Below are positions 25,189 through 37,800 of a stretch of DNA of 64,000 bases, piece by piece. The DNA is taken from positions 1,813,187 to 1,877,186 of the forward strand of contig JAAOMT010000436.1 in assembly GCA_016748015.1 (NCBI GenBank), read 5' to 3'. A model generated the notes under the pieces. It ran no database searches. It saw only the letters and a program-made list of their open reading frames with translations, and was not told where the DNA came from. This DNA is from Geosiphon pyriformis uo1. Its lineage: Eukaryota > Fungi > Glomeromycota. The position numbers were made by a program, and so were the translations under genes. Every line of letters starts with the position of its first letter. Position 1 is the stretch's first letter.

Positions 25189-28100
25189 AAACTCTTTGTT
25201 TCCTTAATTTTTTGACCATGATCAAAGCAAAAAGTAAAAAAGTTGCACCTAATATCTTTTCTGGAATATTTAATAAAATTTCAACTAAAAGAGCTCTCTG
25301 TTATAGAAACAACCAGGCAGAATGTTTAAAAGCCTTTCTTTTGTTTAATAATCATAAAAAACTGTCTTTGATAACTATTGAAGCAATTTTTTCTTCTTTG
25401 GCTGGTTTTTTATTAGTTAAAATTCCTTCAAAAAACACACTTGAATTAGTTCCAATGTTGTCTTTACTCCAACTAAGAGCCCAAAAGTTTTTAATAATAG
25501 ACTAGTAAACAAGTTGGTTTTTCTTTTTATAGTTTTAACACCTAATATTGCTAGCACCACCTCTTCAAAAAAAATAATCAAAAAGACCAAAAGTTCAGAA
25601 AAGTGGGGGCAGTTGCTTGTCTTTACTATTATTATACCAAATCTCTTTGTGGTTTCCAATAAGATTTTGGGCAAGATTTTTATAATATTATCCAGCACAT
25701 TATCTAAGATAGGCCAAGATTAACTACTGGTTGTGTTGTCAAATGTAATGTTTTTTAACAGATTATTGCTGGTTTTGGAAGCAAAACAATTATCTCCTGT
25801 AATATTACCTGTTCTTAAAAACTGGGCTGACTAAATAGAAACTGAATCATTTTCTCTTCTGGTTTCTGGTGCTGCTGCTGGTAGTGCTTAAAAAACTATT
25901 ACTAGTTATCAAAAATTTTCTGGGTAAGTGGCCTCTACTTTGGTGCCTAATGCTACTTTCAAAATCAAATTGGCTCATGTTAAGACTGTTTTTTAGTCTG
26001 TGCATGGTTTTTTAAGTGTAAAGTTAGTTGTAAAAGATGGTATAAAGCTCTTCTGTATGGAGTTTGCTTCTTAAAACTCTTTGAATACTGCATTTTTGGT
26101 CGAGCCTACAATCTCTGTTTGCCTTATTACTCTTAAAATTGCCAAGTCTTTGATGATTTTTGAGTCTAACTCTCCTTCTGCTACTATTATACTGTGTAAT
26201 ATGTTTTTAAGTGTGTTTGCTTCTAATATTAAGACAGTTCTTAGTGTTTTTGGTATGATTACTTATGTTGTGCTAAAGCCTACTGGTATTTGGCAATATG
26301 TAGTGGTTTATTTTGAGAAATTAGACTCTGCTGTATCTGTTGTTACCAGACAAAATTAGAAATATTATTTAGCATAAAACTATCTTATAATTCCTATCAT
26401 TAATTAGCATATATTATCATTTCAAATTATCACTTATTACATTAGCAAAAATATCTGAAATTATCATTTAATTAATAACCCAAATTGTATACAACACAAA
26501 TGTAACCTAATTGCGATGATTAATCATGCAATACCCCGAACTATATAACATTCAAAAGTTTGCTGAAATTTATAGAAATTTGCCGAAATAATTGATAGTT
26601 TACCGAAATATCTAATAGTTCGCAGAAATAACTTGTAGTTTGCTGAAATGTATCTTGAGTTCAGCAAAATTGTAGAAAATAGCAAAGTTCAAGTTCATAG
26701 AATAGTGTTACGACAAGTTGTATAAAAAAAAGAGCTTCTCTCTTCAAGAAAATGTATCTTACTTTAGATTTATTACTTAGAACCATTCCTATACACACAA
26801 AAGAAATAAATATCAAATAATTCGAAAAACCAAATTCTTTAATTATTACACTTGGAAAATCCCCAAAACTTAACTAACATTTTGAAATTGATTAGTTACC
26901 AATTTCAATAAACTGTTAGTGACTCCAGGCCTGAATCAAAAACGTTTCTCTTGATAAAATTCTATTTCTTTTACATTTCTTTTATTTTTCTTTTTCTTTT
27001 CTTATTACAATCATTAGAGTAGCCTACAGACAAGATTCCTGTAGAAGAGTTGACTTTCATAGCAAAGTAACTACACATATTTTTAGTGAGCTTTCAGACG
27101 AGCAATTCCTGGGAAAGAGTTGATGTTTACTACAATGTAACTACATAAAGTAACTGGCAAGAAATTGGCCATTCCACTTATAAGCCCAGCAGTTCAAATT
27201 ATAGAAGATAATTTGAAGATAAAATTCAGTTACTGGAGGTTCAACTACTTCCTGGAAACGTGAATTCACAACAAAATTAACATTAACAACATTCGAGAAA
27301 AGAGACCAAAAACCTCCAGTAACACTGTTTTGAATCATTGGTCAATCTTGGTGAACAAAAATAGTGTTAAAATTCTTTTTTTAATGAATTAAAATAAGAC
27401 TATTCTGTCTTATAATAGATTTAAGACCAAATTGGTCAACCTTTCTTCTGGCTGCACTGCTTTTAAAATTAGTGATTTGATTTTTCAAGTTGGTAGTCAG
27501 ACATGTTTTATTTCTTGCTTTTCTGATTCTGGTTGTTATTCCCAGTTTGTTCTAATTACATTCAGTTTCTAAGTAAATCTGAATGCTGCTATACTTAAGA
27601 TTAATATGCTAAGAAAGTGTTATATCTGATGGAAAACTTCTAGAAATAAACACTGTTTTCAGTGCCAAGATTTAAGTTATCTGGCTTTGAATTGTAAAGT
27701 GTTTCCATCTTTTTCTTTTAGAATCCTTAAGACTTTTATTACTTATATTGTTAGTGACAAGTCTTATGTCAATACTACTGCTCTTATGCCTTTTGTAATC
27801 TCTTGTCCTCCTGTTGGTTTGGTTTTATCTGCTGATATATTTGCTAATAATTCTGTAGTTTTTTTTTGGTTGTTCTTATTGGAGTTTGAATTAATCAAGC
27901 TTTTCAATTTGGTCAACTTTATTGTTGTTCTATGATCAAATTATTTGAACAATTTGTTAATGAAAATTTAGTTTCAAGTAGTGCTTTTGGTCTTAAGATT
28001 AATGAAGTTTTAGTACACATAGGTATTTTTAACAAGGCTGTTGATAAACTGGAGTGAGAGGTAGTTGCTTTAAAAACTGAGTGTGGCTATAAAAATATTA

Positions 28101-28446
28101 ATATGTTTGGTCCTTATGTAAGTTTGTCTTCTGTTGATGATGATATGTTTTCTAACTTGATGTTACTTTGGAAACATAAATTTGCTGTTGTAAAGACTGA
28201 TGTCTTTAAAATGGCTAAATAGCTGGTTAGATTAATTAGTAATAGTGCTATATTGTTTAAAATTGTTCAAAGAATGTTTTCTTTGGGTAAGTTTTCTTCT
28301 AAAGTTTCAGTGTAGTGTGTTTTTGATTAGTCCAAGTAACTAGTTACATGTAGAAAGTGCATAATTAGTGTTTAGTTTAGATTACTTAATTTAATGTATT
28401 GTACTAAGTGGCTTTTAAACTGTATTCATTAAGGAATAAAAAAAAA
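25189..28446 (+). mobile_element. ORF1-only non-autonomous poly(A) retroposon (HAL1-like), copy 1; ~2.27 kb without the inserted solo LTR
   Basis: One decayed ORF1-like frame (~25212-28315) with a CFQCQDLSYLALNC knuckle relic. Its stop is followed directly by a LINE-type 3' UTR and poly(A). TSD ttacattaa (25180-25188 and 28447-28455). No endonuclease or RT. Confidence 0.87.
26341..27324 (+). repeat. Solo LTR (family A, same family as the LTRs of 33872-43755)
   Basis: TGTTACCAG...GTAACA termini and TSD CTGT (26337-26340 and 27325-27328). The host reading frame (SAVSV/LNHWSIL) resumes after it. Confidence 0.95.
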
Positions 28447-31329
28447 TTACATTAATTAAAAATTAAATAATTACAGTTTTGACTGTATTAAAGTATAATT
28501 AATATTTTAACAAGTTAATTATTTAATTAAACTATCTTAACAATTTTAAATACCAAAAATTTTAATTTAAAAAATCTAAATAATTTTTTTATTTTAATAT
28601 TACCAATATTATAAGACTATATTTTTTTAAAAATAATATTTAGTAACTTATATATAATATTATATAATAATAATTATATTAATTTTAAGTTCTTAATTTA
28701 ATTAAAATTATAAAAAAAACCAGACAAATTGGTTTTTTTTAATAATAAAACATTTTTAAAACAAAATTACTTATTAATATTTATATTTTTAATATTGTAT
28801 TTCTAATTAATTTTGTTTATTTGTTTTTATAAAACAAAAAATTGTATATTTAAAAGTCTTTTTAGTCTAATTAGAATTAAAACAGCTTTATAGCTAATAT
28901 TAAAAAAGTCAATTATACTTAAAACAATTTAATTAAGTAAAATATTGTCAATTGTTTTTTCAATTTTTCTTGAATTTTTTTATGTTGTTGTTTTAATTAT
29001 AAAGTTGTTAATAAAAAGTTAACAAGTTTAAAATTTAGATATTTATTAAAGCTAGTATTTTTTTTTATATTATTTTATTAGAATTGTTATTTAAAATAAC
29101 AAAAAACCACTTATTAATTAACTTAATAATTAAAAAATTTATATTGCAAATTTAAAACAAATGTTTTTTCAAAGTTGTATTTATATATAATTTTATAATT
29201 AATACAAAAAATCTATTTTTAAATAAAAGTTTAATTAACAACAAATAATTTTTTGTTTTAAAAATCTTAAAAATATAATAAATTAAATTATTGTTTATAA
29301 TAATTGCTATTCTAAAATTTAAATAATTAAAGTTTAAACCAAAAATAAAATTTATATATTATTAGACTTATTTTTAATTTAAAATTTAATCCAATTTTTT
29401 AATTTTGTTTTAATAACAATAGAAATTAAATTATTTATTTTTTTTATTATCTTTTTATTTAATAAAATTATTTGTTTCTTTTATATTACATATAGCAATT
29501 TTTTAAACTAAATTATTTATAAAAAACAATATATGTACTATTTTTAAAGAATATTATACTAAATTTTAACAAAATTACATTAATAAAGCCAAAAAATACA
29601 TAAATATTTATTTTAAAACTATTTAGTTATTTAATAATAAATATAAAAACATTAAAATCTAAAAATAATATATTTATAGTTTTTTAAAAAAATTGTTTAA
29701 AACTATATTAAAAATGATCAGTAATAATATAAAGAGTATAGTAATCTAAAAAAAAAGCAAAAAAAATAAAATTTTTAATTTTTTAATTTTAAAAATATCA
29801 AAAATAAGATATTAGCAAAAAAAACTTTAAAATAAAAAACATATATAGAACTATTATTAAAAATTCAACTAAAAAATATTATCTAAATTTAAAATTTATT
29901 ATTAAAAGCTATTAAAAACAAAATAAAAATATTTTTATATATATAAATTGGCCAAATAGAGATAATTGTTTTTAAAAAATACTTATTTAATAAATTTTTT
30001 GAGTTAATTATCAGAAAAAATAAAAAAATTACATTTTAATATAAAATAATCAAACTTTTCACAATTTTTACAATAAATTAAATTCAATTTAATTCAAAAA
30101 AATTGATTTTATTAAATACAAAATAATATAAAAAGTTTAATTTAAAGTCTTTTTAAATTTAAAACAAATAATTACATTTAATCTTAGTATTAATAGCAAA
30201 AGTATAATTAATAATACAAATTTATTATTAATTTTATTTAAAAAAATATTAAAATTATATACAATTATGTTATTTAATTTATATTAATCTTAGTTATATA
30301 TACAAAATTTTTATTTATTAAAATAAATTATTTAAATATTAATATATTAACTTAGTCTACTTTAAAAAAATTTATTATAGTTTTTTATTATAACTTAATA
30401 AATTATAATAAGATTAATACTATTATATCAAACTTAATAAAGTTAAAACAATTGTTTTTTTATTGTATTTATGGAAATTTTTTTAATTATTATAGTTTAA
30501 TTTGAATGAAATTTTTGTTTTTTAAAATAATTATTTATTTAGATTTTTTTTTAATAAACAAAGCTTTAAAGTAAAAATAAATTTAATAACATTTTAAATT
30601 TTGAAAAAATAGTAATTACTTTAAATTTATTTACTATTTGAAACAATTTTAAATAATCAATATTTTTATTATAATACATTTTTTTTAATAGTTAATAAAT
30701 TAATATTTAATATATAAGTTTTTTAATAAATATATTTATTTTTTTAACAATTTTGAGATTGATCTAAATTTTATTTAAAGTAATAATATAAAAAAAAAAC
30801 AATGCTTTATTATTTATTTTATAATTAAAAAAACTAAGAAAAAAGCCAACTAATTTGCCAATATTAAATTATTTTGTTTTAAAAATATTGATTTTTAAAT
30901 TCAAAAATACTTTAATTTTACTGCTTACTCTATAATTATTATTATTAATTAAAAAAATTTTCAATATTTTTTCAATATTTGTCTTTATATTTTAAAACTG
31001 TTTATTATTATTTATAAATATTTTAAAATTTAGATCTGTTTTATTATTTAAGTACTTAATACTACTAATTAACATTTTTATTTTTAAGTTAAACTACTAC
31101 TAATATAGCCAAAAATAACACTTTTAATTAATTTTTTTTAATTATAAGACCATTTGTAATGGCTATTAATTTTATAATAAAAAAATTTATTTCTTAAAAA
31201 ATAATAAAAATATGTAAAAAAAAACCAAAAACTATTTTTTTAAAATTTAAGTTTTTTTAAAATTTTAGAATATACAAAAAATGTTTTTTGTAATACAAAA
31301 TAAATTTAAATTATAATAAATAATTATAT

Positions 31330-32089
31330 TCGAACATATTTTATGAAGGCTTTACACCATCACTTTCCAGTGGCTGTATGTAAGCATGTTTATAATAGGT
31401 ATTACCCTAGTGTTACGTGTTTATTCTGTGGGGATGTTGAGATCTCAGACCATGTTTTTTTCTGCTTTTCTGATGCTGCTGATTATGCTCACTTGGTGGA
31501 TGTTCATGCTTCTATTTGGGAATCGCACTCGGGTTTATCTCAGTCTTTCTCTTGTGTTTTACAGTTGCTGTCTATTCACTTCTCTGATGTTATTGTTGAT
31601 ACAGCTCTGTGTAAGAACTTTGTTTTTTGTGAATGGTATCATGAGTCTGTTTCTATCTTCAAGAATCCTAAGGTTGCAGCCCAGAATATTGTGGCCTTTG
31701 TGTATGATTTCTGTCTTGTATTTTGGGATGATATCTGGCTAGTACGAGTTAAACACTGAGCTTTTATGGAGAAAAGTGGGTTGATGCCACATGATAGTTC
31801 TGTTTCTTTAGCTATATTTGGTTTTTTCTCTGTGCTTTCAGCTGGTGTTGTCAGGTTGTTAGGCATTACTGATGCTTTTGGTATTGGTTTTGGGTATCGT
31901 AGACATTGTTTGTTCTTTTTGGGTATTGGAGATAAGGCTTCTGTTCATATAGGAGTGTAGTGTTGTTTTGATTGGCTCAAGTGGCTAGTTACATGTAGAA
32001 AATGCATAATTCGCACCTAGTTTAGATTATATATTGATGTATTGTACTAGTTTGCATTTGAACTTCACTCAATAAATGTGAAAAAAATA
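31330..32089 (+). mobile_element. 5'-truncated LINE (ORF2 C-terminus, 3' UTR, poly(A)), a different subfamily from 2462-9195
   Basis: CLFCGDVEISDHVFFC homologous to the end of ORF2, stop at 31960, conserved 3' UTR, and TSD aataaataattatat (31315-31329 and 32090-32104). Confidence 0.92.
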
Positions 32090-33871
32090 AATAAATAATT
32101 ATATATATATTTTTTATTAAGTTTTACAAGTACAGTCCGACCATTATCTAAAAGCATACAATCAAAAAAATTTTAAATTAAGTATGGCTTATGTTTTTTC
32201 TATACATAACCAACTATTCAGAATTATTATATTATTATTTAAATATTTGTTGTATAAAATATTGATTATATTTTTATATTATTATAAATTGATATTTTAA
32301 TTTAATAATATAATCTAAAAAATTTTATTATTAAGTTTTTTGTATAAAAAACAGAAAATTTATTAATAATATTTAATAATACTTAGTTTATTTTTTTTAC
32401 ATAGTAATTAGTTTATTTTGGGGTTTTTTATATTTTTGGTAAGCTATTAATTATTAATAAATTAATTTATGCTTATTTTGTGTTTTTTATCAAATTATTT
32501 ATAATATTGTAATTTTATGTTTATTTTTTAATTAATTAATTTAATACAAAACAAATAACAAAACAAAATAAAAAAATAAGATAAAAAAAATAAAGCAAAA
32601 TTGAAAGTTAATATTTTATTAATAATTATAATTAAAAGCTATTGTTTTATTATATTAAATTTTTTGAATATATGTTTTTAATATTAATTATTTTTATCAA
32701 GCAAAATATTTAACAAAATAAATCATAATTTATATATTTAATAATTTTAATAAATAAGTTTTATTGTAAATAATTAATGTAATTTATTAAAAAAAAAATT
32801 TACTCTAATTGTTAAATATTAAATTAAATTTTTTTAATATTACTATTATATATAGATAACTTTTATAATACAAAATGATTTAATATTTTTAGTTATTTAT
32901 ATATTTTTTTAAATTATTATTGGCATTTTTAAAATTTTTTTGATATTTTTAAAATTTTTAATATTATGTTATTTCATTATTTTTAATATTTAATTAACTA
33001 ATTTATACTATATATTATTATTAATTATGTTTTTTATTTTTTTTATTAGTAAATATATATAATGAAAATATTCTAAAAATTTATTGCTAAAACCAATATT
33101 TTTATATTCTGGTATATTAAAAATAAAAATTTATACATAATTATATATAAGAATTTTATTTTTAAAAGTTAATATATTAAAACTTTATCAATTTTTAATA
33201 ATAATAAAATTGTAATTTTGAAATTAATTGGTTTTATTTATAATTTAATTGCTAATTATAAGAGTAATATTTAATTATTAAATATTAAATTAAGATTTAT
33301 AATAATAAAAATAAAATATTAAGTGTTAATAATTTCTTATTTTTTAGAATTTAAAATTTTGTTATGAAAATATTGCTTTTATGTTTAATATATTAAAATA
33401 ATATTATGTAAGTTTTAGTTTTAGATAATATTATTTGTTTTTTTTATTTAAAAAACACCATTTTTGTTAGTTTTAATAATTTAAATAATTAGTTATATAT
33501 AAAAAATACATGAATTATATTTAATTTAAAATACTTTTTTGTTATATTGTTTTAGATAATAATTAAATTATATTTTATTAAAGTAATAAAAAAATATATT
33601 ATTAGCAAAAATTTTTATAAAATATAATTACAACAAAAAAAACAAATTTAAAAATTATAGCAGATTTTATGATTTTAAAAATAGTAAAAAATTAATAAAT
33701 TTAATTTTAATAATAGTATTTAAAAAAACTTAAAATGCAAACTTTATACAAAAAAACTTAATATTGTTTTTAAAATTAATAAAGTCATTTTTTTTTTTAT
33801 ATTATTTAATGAGTGAGATCCAAATACAACCTAAAACTATGATATCACAAAAGGGATTACATTATAGGCAT

Positions 33872-34847
33872 TGTTACCAGACAAAATTAGAAATATTGCT
33901 TAACATGAAATTACCCTTATAATTCTTATCATTAATTAGCATTTCAAATTATTACTTATTACATTAGCAAAATATCCAAAATTATCATTTAATTAATAAT
34001 CCAATTTGTACATAACACAAATGTAACCTAATTGTGATGATCAATCATGCAATACTCTGAACTATGTAACATTCAAAAAGTTTGCCAAAATTTGTAGAAA
34101 TTTGCCAAAATAATTGATAGTTTACCAAAATATCTAATAGTTTGCAGAAATAACTTGTAGTTTGCCAAAATGTATTTCTAGTTTAGCAAAATTAAAGAAA
34201 ATAGCAAAGTTCAAGTTCATAGAATAGTGTTATGACAAATTGTATAAAAAAAGAACTTCTCTTTTCGAAAAAATGTATCTTACTTTAGATTTGTTATTTA
34301 GAACCATTTTTATACACACCAAAAAAAATAAATATCAAATAATTCAAAAAACCAAATTCTTTAATTATTGCACTTGAAAAATTCCCAAAAACCCAACTAA
34401 TGTTTTGAAATTAATTAGCTACCAATTTCAGTAAACTGTTAGTAACTCCAGGCCTGGATAGAAAACGTTTCCCTTGACAGAATTCTATTTCTTTTACATT
34501 TCTTTATTTTTTTTCTTTTATTCTTATCATAATCATTAAGATAGTCTACAGACGAGATTTCTGTAGAAGAGTTGACTTTCACAGCAAAGTAACTACACAT
34601 TTTTAGTAAGCTTTCAGACAAACAATTCCTAAGAAGGAGTTGACATTTACTACAACATAACTATACAAAGTAACTGGCATGGAATTGGCCATTCTACTTA
34701 TAAGCCCAGCAGTTCAAATTATAGGAGATAATTTGAAGATAAATTCAGTTATCGGAGGTTCAAAAACACTTTCCATAATCATGAATTAACAACATTACAA
34801 CAAACATACAAGAGCTTAAGAAAAGACCAAAAAAACCACCAGTAACA
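33872..34847 (+). repeat. 5' LTR, family A
   Basis: TGTTACCAG...GTAACA, with ~20-bp tandem motifs (gtttgccraaat) around 34080-34190. Confidence 0.96.
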
Positions 34848-34861
34848 TTTGGTGCTCTTCC

Positions 34862-37800
34862 ATGGAAACAACACAGCAAAAACAACTTCAAAGTGGCAAC
34901 CACATCAGATGCAACAACTCTAAAGTATTACCAGTCAATTTACACCCACTGCAAGCAAAGATTCAACATTCCAGACGGAATTGAAGTTGTCAAGAAATCA
35001 GTATACCAATACATTGAAAACCGTATTAACAATTATCTTTTTGAAAATTACAATATCTCAGAAGTTAGAAGCAATCTTTACAATAATTTAGTACACTATT
35101 CACAGTTGGGAACAGAAGACCTTAATAGTAAAACACTTGCCACTTACTTTCAAGAACTTAATTTTAACATTATCAAGTACTGTGAAGAAACATATTCAGT
35201 GCAGTTTCAATACTCTATTGATTTTGAATCAGAGACAGAAACAAGCAACAAAGACAAACAAAAATTGAAATACTCAAAAACCACCTCAAATACTCCAATA
35301 CTACCAAAAACAACTGCCAAACACTTACAAACACCTGAGCAAGGAACCAGTTCAAAACTTCTACTTACTATCACACCTTTTCTAGCTTCACTTACACAAG
35401 CACAAACACCTAACTCACTCTTAAATCGATTTGCAAGACCAGAAGATTTTACAGCACCCAGAAGTCTTATCAGACAACAAAAACCCCTTCAAACTAGTTC
35501 CAATCTCCTTGACTTTCTAGCTGAAAATCAAAGTGAACACTCTGAGACAGCAGCAAATGAAGAAAACGACTCTGAAATATCTGAAGAAGAATCAATAGAC
35601 AGTAAAAATGAAGAAAACAAAATAACAGCATACATCACAAAAATTCCTGAATTTAATAGAGAAGACATTGAGACCAGTCTCCAAGAATGGCTTGACCAAG
35701 TTACTAAAGCTGGAGACGCAAATAGATGGAATGCTGCCAGAATGTTAAGAACAATTCCTTATTTTTTCAAAAAAACAGCAGGTGAATGATTCAAAAACTT
35801 GACTGCTCTTTTTAATAATTGGACAGCTTTCAAAACTGCCTTCTTAAAACAATTCACCAATAACAACACCTCAATCACACTTCGAAATTGTTTTCGTAAT
35901 ATCAGACAAGAATCCTCTGAATCTGTCATGACTTATATTGGGAAATTCAACAAACTTTTCAGACGAATTCACCAACTTGAAACTAATAATTATTATTCCG
36001 ATGCTCAAATTTTGGATCAATTTATTGCTGGTTTAAAGGATAAACTGATTAAAAAAGTTTGCCCACATGCACCAAAAGATTTAGCCACTACTATTTAACA
36101 GACAAAAAACTATGAAATGGCCATAGAAGAAGCCAATCATACCAAATTTGTTAACCTAGCTATTGGAAAAACCAGCTCAACAGCTGAAAAAAAGATTGAC
36201 CAATTAACCAAGAAAGTTGAACACTACTTCACCAACCAACAGCAACAACAGCAGCCACAGCAATCACAACAAACACAAAGATACCAACCACCACAAAGAT
36301 AAAATCAAAATAACTTTGCACCACTTTCTAATAACCAGCCTCAGAATTGCCATTACTGTGGAATCCCTGGCCACTGGAAAAGAAATTGTAGAAAGTTACA
36401 ACAAAACCAACAAAATAGGAGTAATCAATGTTACCCTCCACCACAGCAATCTTATTATCCACCACCACCAACTTACTATCCACCAAGACCCCAATACCAA
36501 AGTAACTATTATCAGCCCACCCCACAGCCAATTCAACAATAATACCAACAACCACCCACACAACATTATCAAGTGCCTGCTCAAAGATTAATCTTGCAAA
36601 ATCAATTTACACTACAAAACTGATACCAAGTAAACAACAATAGAATCAATTTAAACAACCAATTAGTTCCCCGAAATCCAGTTCAGCCAAGACTCACCCA
36701 TTATCATACTCAACCTAGCTATCTTACAATACCTGAAGAACAGGATTTTCACCATACTGCACTCTCGGAAGGTAGAGCTACAGCATGACAACAAAACTCT
36801 TTCTATACTCCTACCACAATCCCACCAGCCAGAATTGCTGAAAACGCCAACCTTTCAGACATATTCCCTTTTGAGTTTGAAGCAAATAAGTCACCATTCC
36901 TGCTTAGCAATGCAGCCACCAATGAACAAAAAGCAATCACTGCTATATACACTGAAGCAGAAGTTGAAGGAAAGACAATTCACTTGATCCTAGACAGTGG
37001 ATCTGCCAGAAGCATTATCACCTACTAGTTAATGCAACAGTTAAAGAGAAATGTCGACCAACCAGCTCAAACAGTAATTGTTACTGCTGATGACATAAAA
37101 AAGACTTCAGTAGGAGAAATTGACAATTTTCTATTCACTCTTAATAGAATCACCATTCCAGTCAAAGTTCTTGTCATGAACGCGCTCTAGTACCAAGCTC
37201 TCATCAGAAATAATTGGCTTCAAAAAACCAATGCTAATCTGAATTGGGAGACACAAGAGTTAACAATCTCCTACCAAGGACAACACACTCAGGTACCTGC
37301 CACTTGTGGTACATTCAACAAACACTCTGAAAAAGCCCTGGCTTTTGAATTCGAACTGGAAGAAGAAAAGCCCATTATTAAAACATTCATGGCACTTGGA
37401 TCAACCTCCAATTGGGCCGATGAAACTGAACAACAGTACTTTTCAACAAATGATTCTCTTGAAACAAAAGAACCAGTGACAACCGGATGGAATGTCTCCT
37501 ATTCAAAACTGAAACCACAAAAACAACACCTCTACATTCCACTCAAATGCAAAGACTGCCACAAGAAACTTTCCTCAATGGGAGCCTGCATTTCACCTAA
37601 AGAAGAATATGAAAATCATACTTGTTATTACTGCAAGGCTTGCCATAGAAAACGATGAGGCCATCTAATAAAAAGAAGTGGAAAATGGAATAACACCCCT
37701 TGTTTGACTTGTGGAGATATGCTACCAGAAGAATGCAATCAGATTAATGTAACAATGAGAGGAGGAGTCTGCGATCAGACCTGCCAATATGCTTTATCAA

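Noticed and set aside
32131-32160. TA-CAGTCCGACC, like a pogo terminal inverted repeat (similar words at ~60320 and ~62451)
   Set aside because: I could not find a matching inverted partner in the window.
34848-34866. Assigning the PBS TGGTGCTC to tRNA-Ile(UAU)
   Set aside because: Only the first 8 nt can be rationalised from memory; the host tRNA set is needed.
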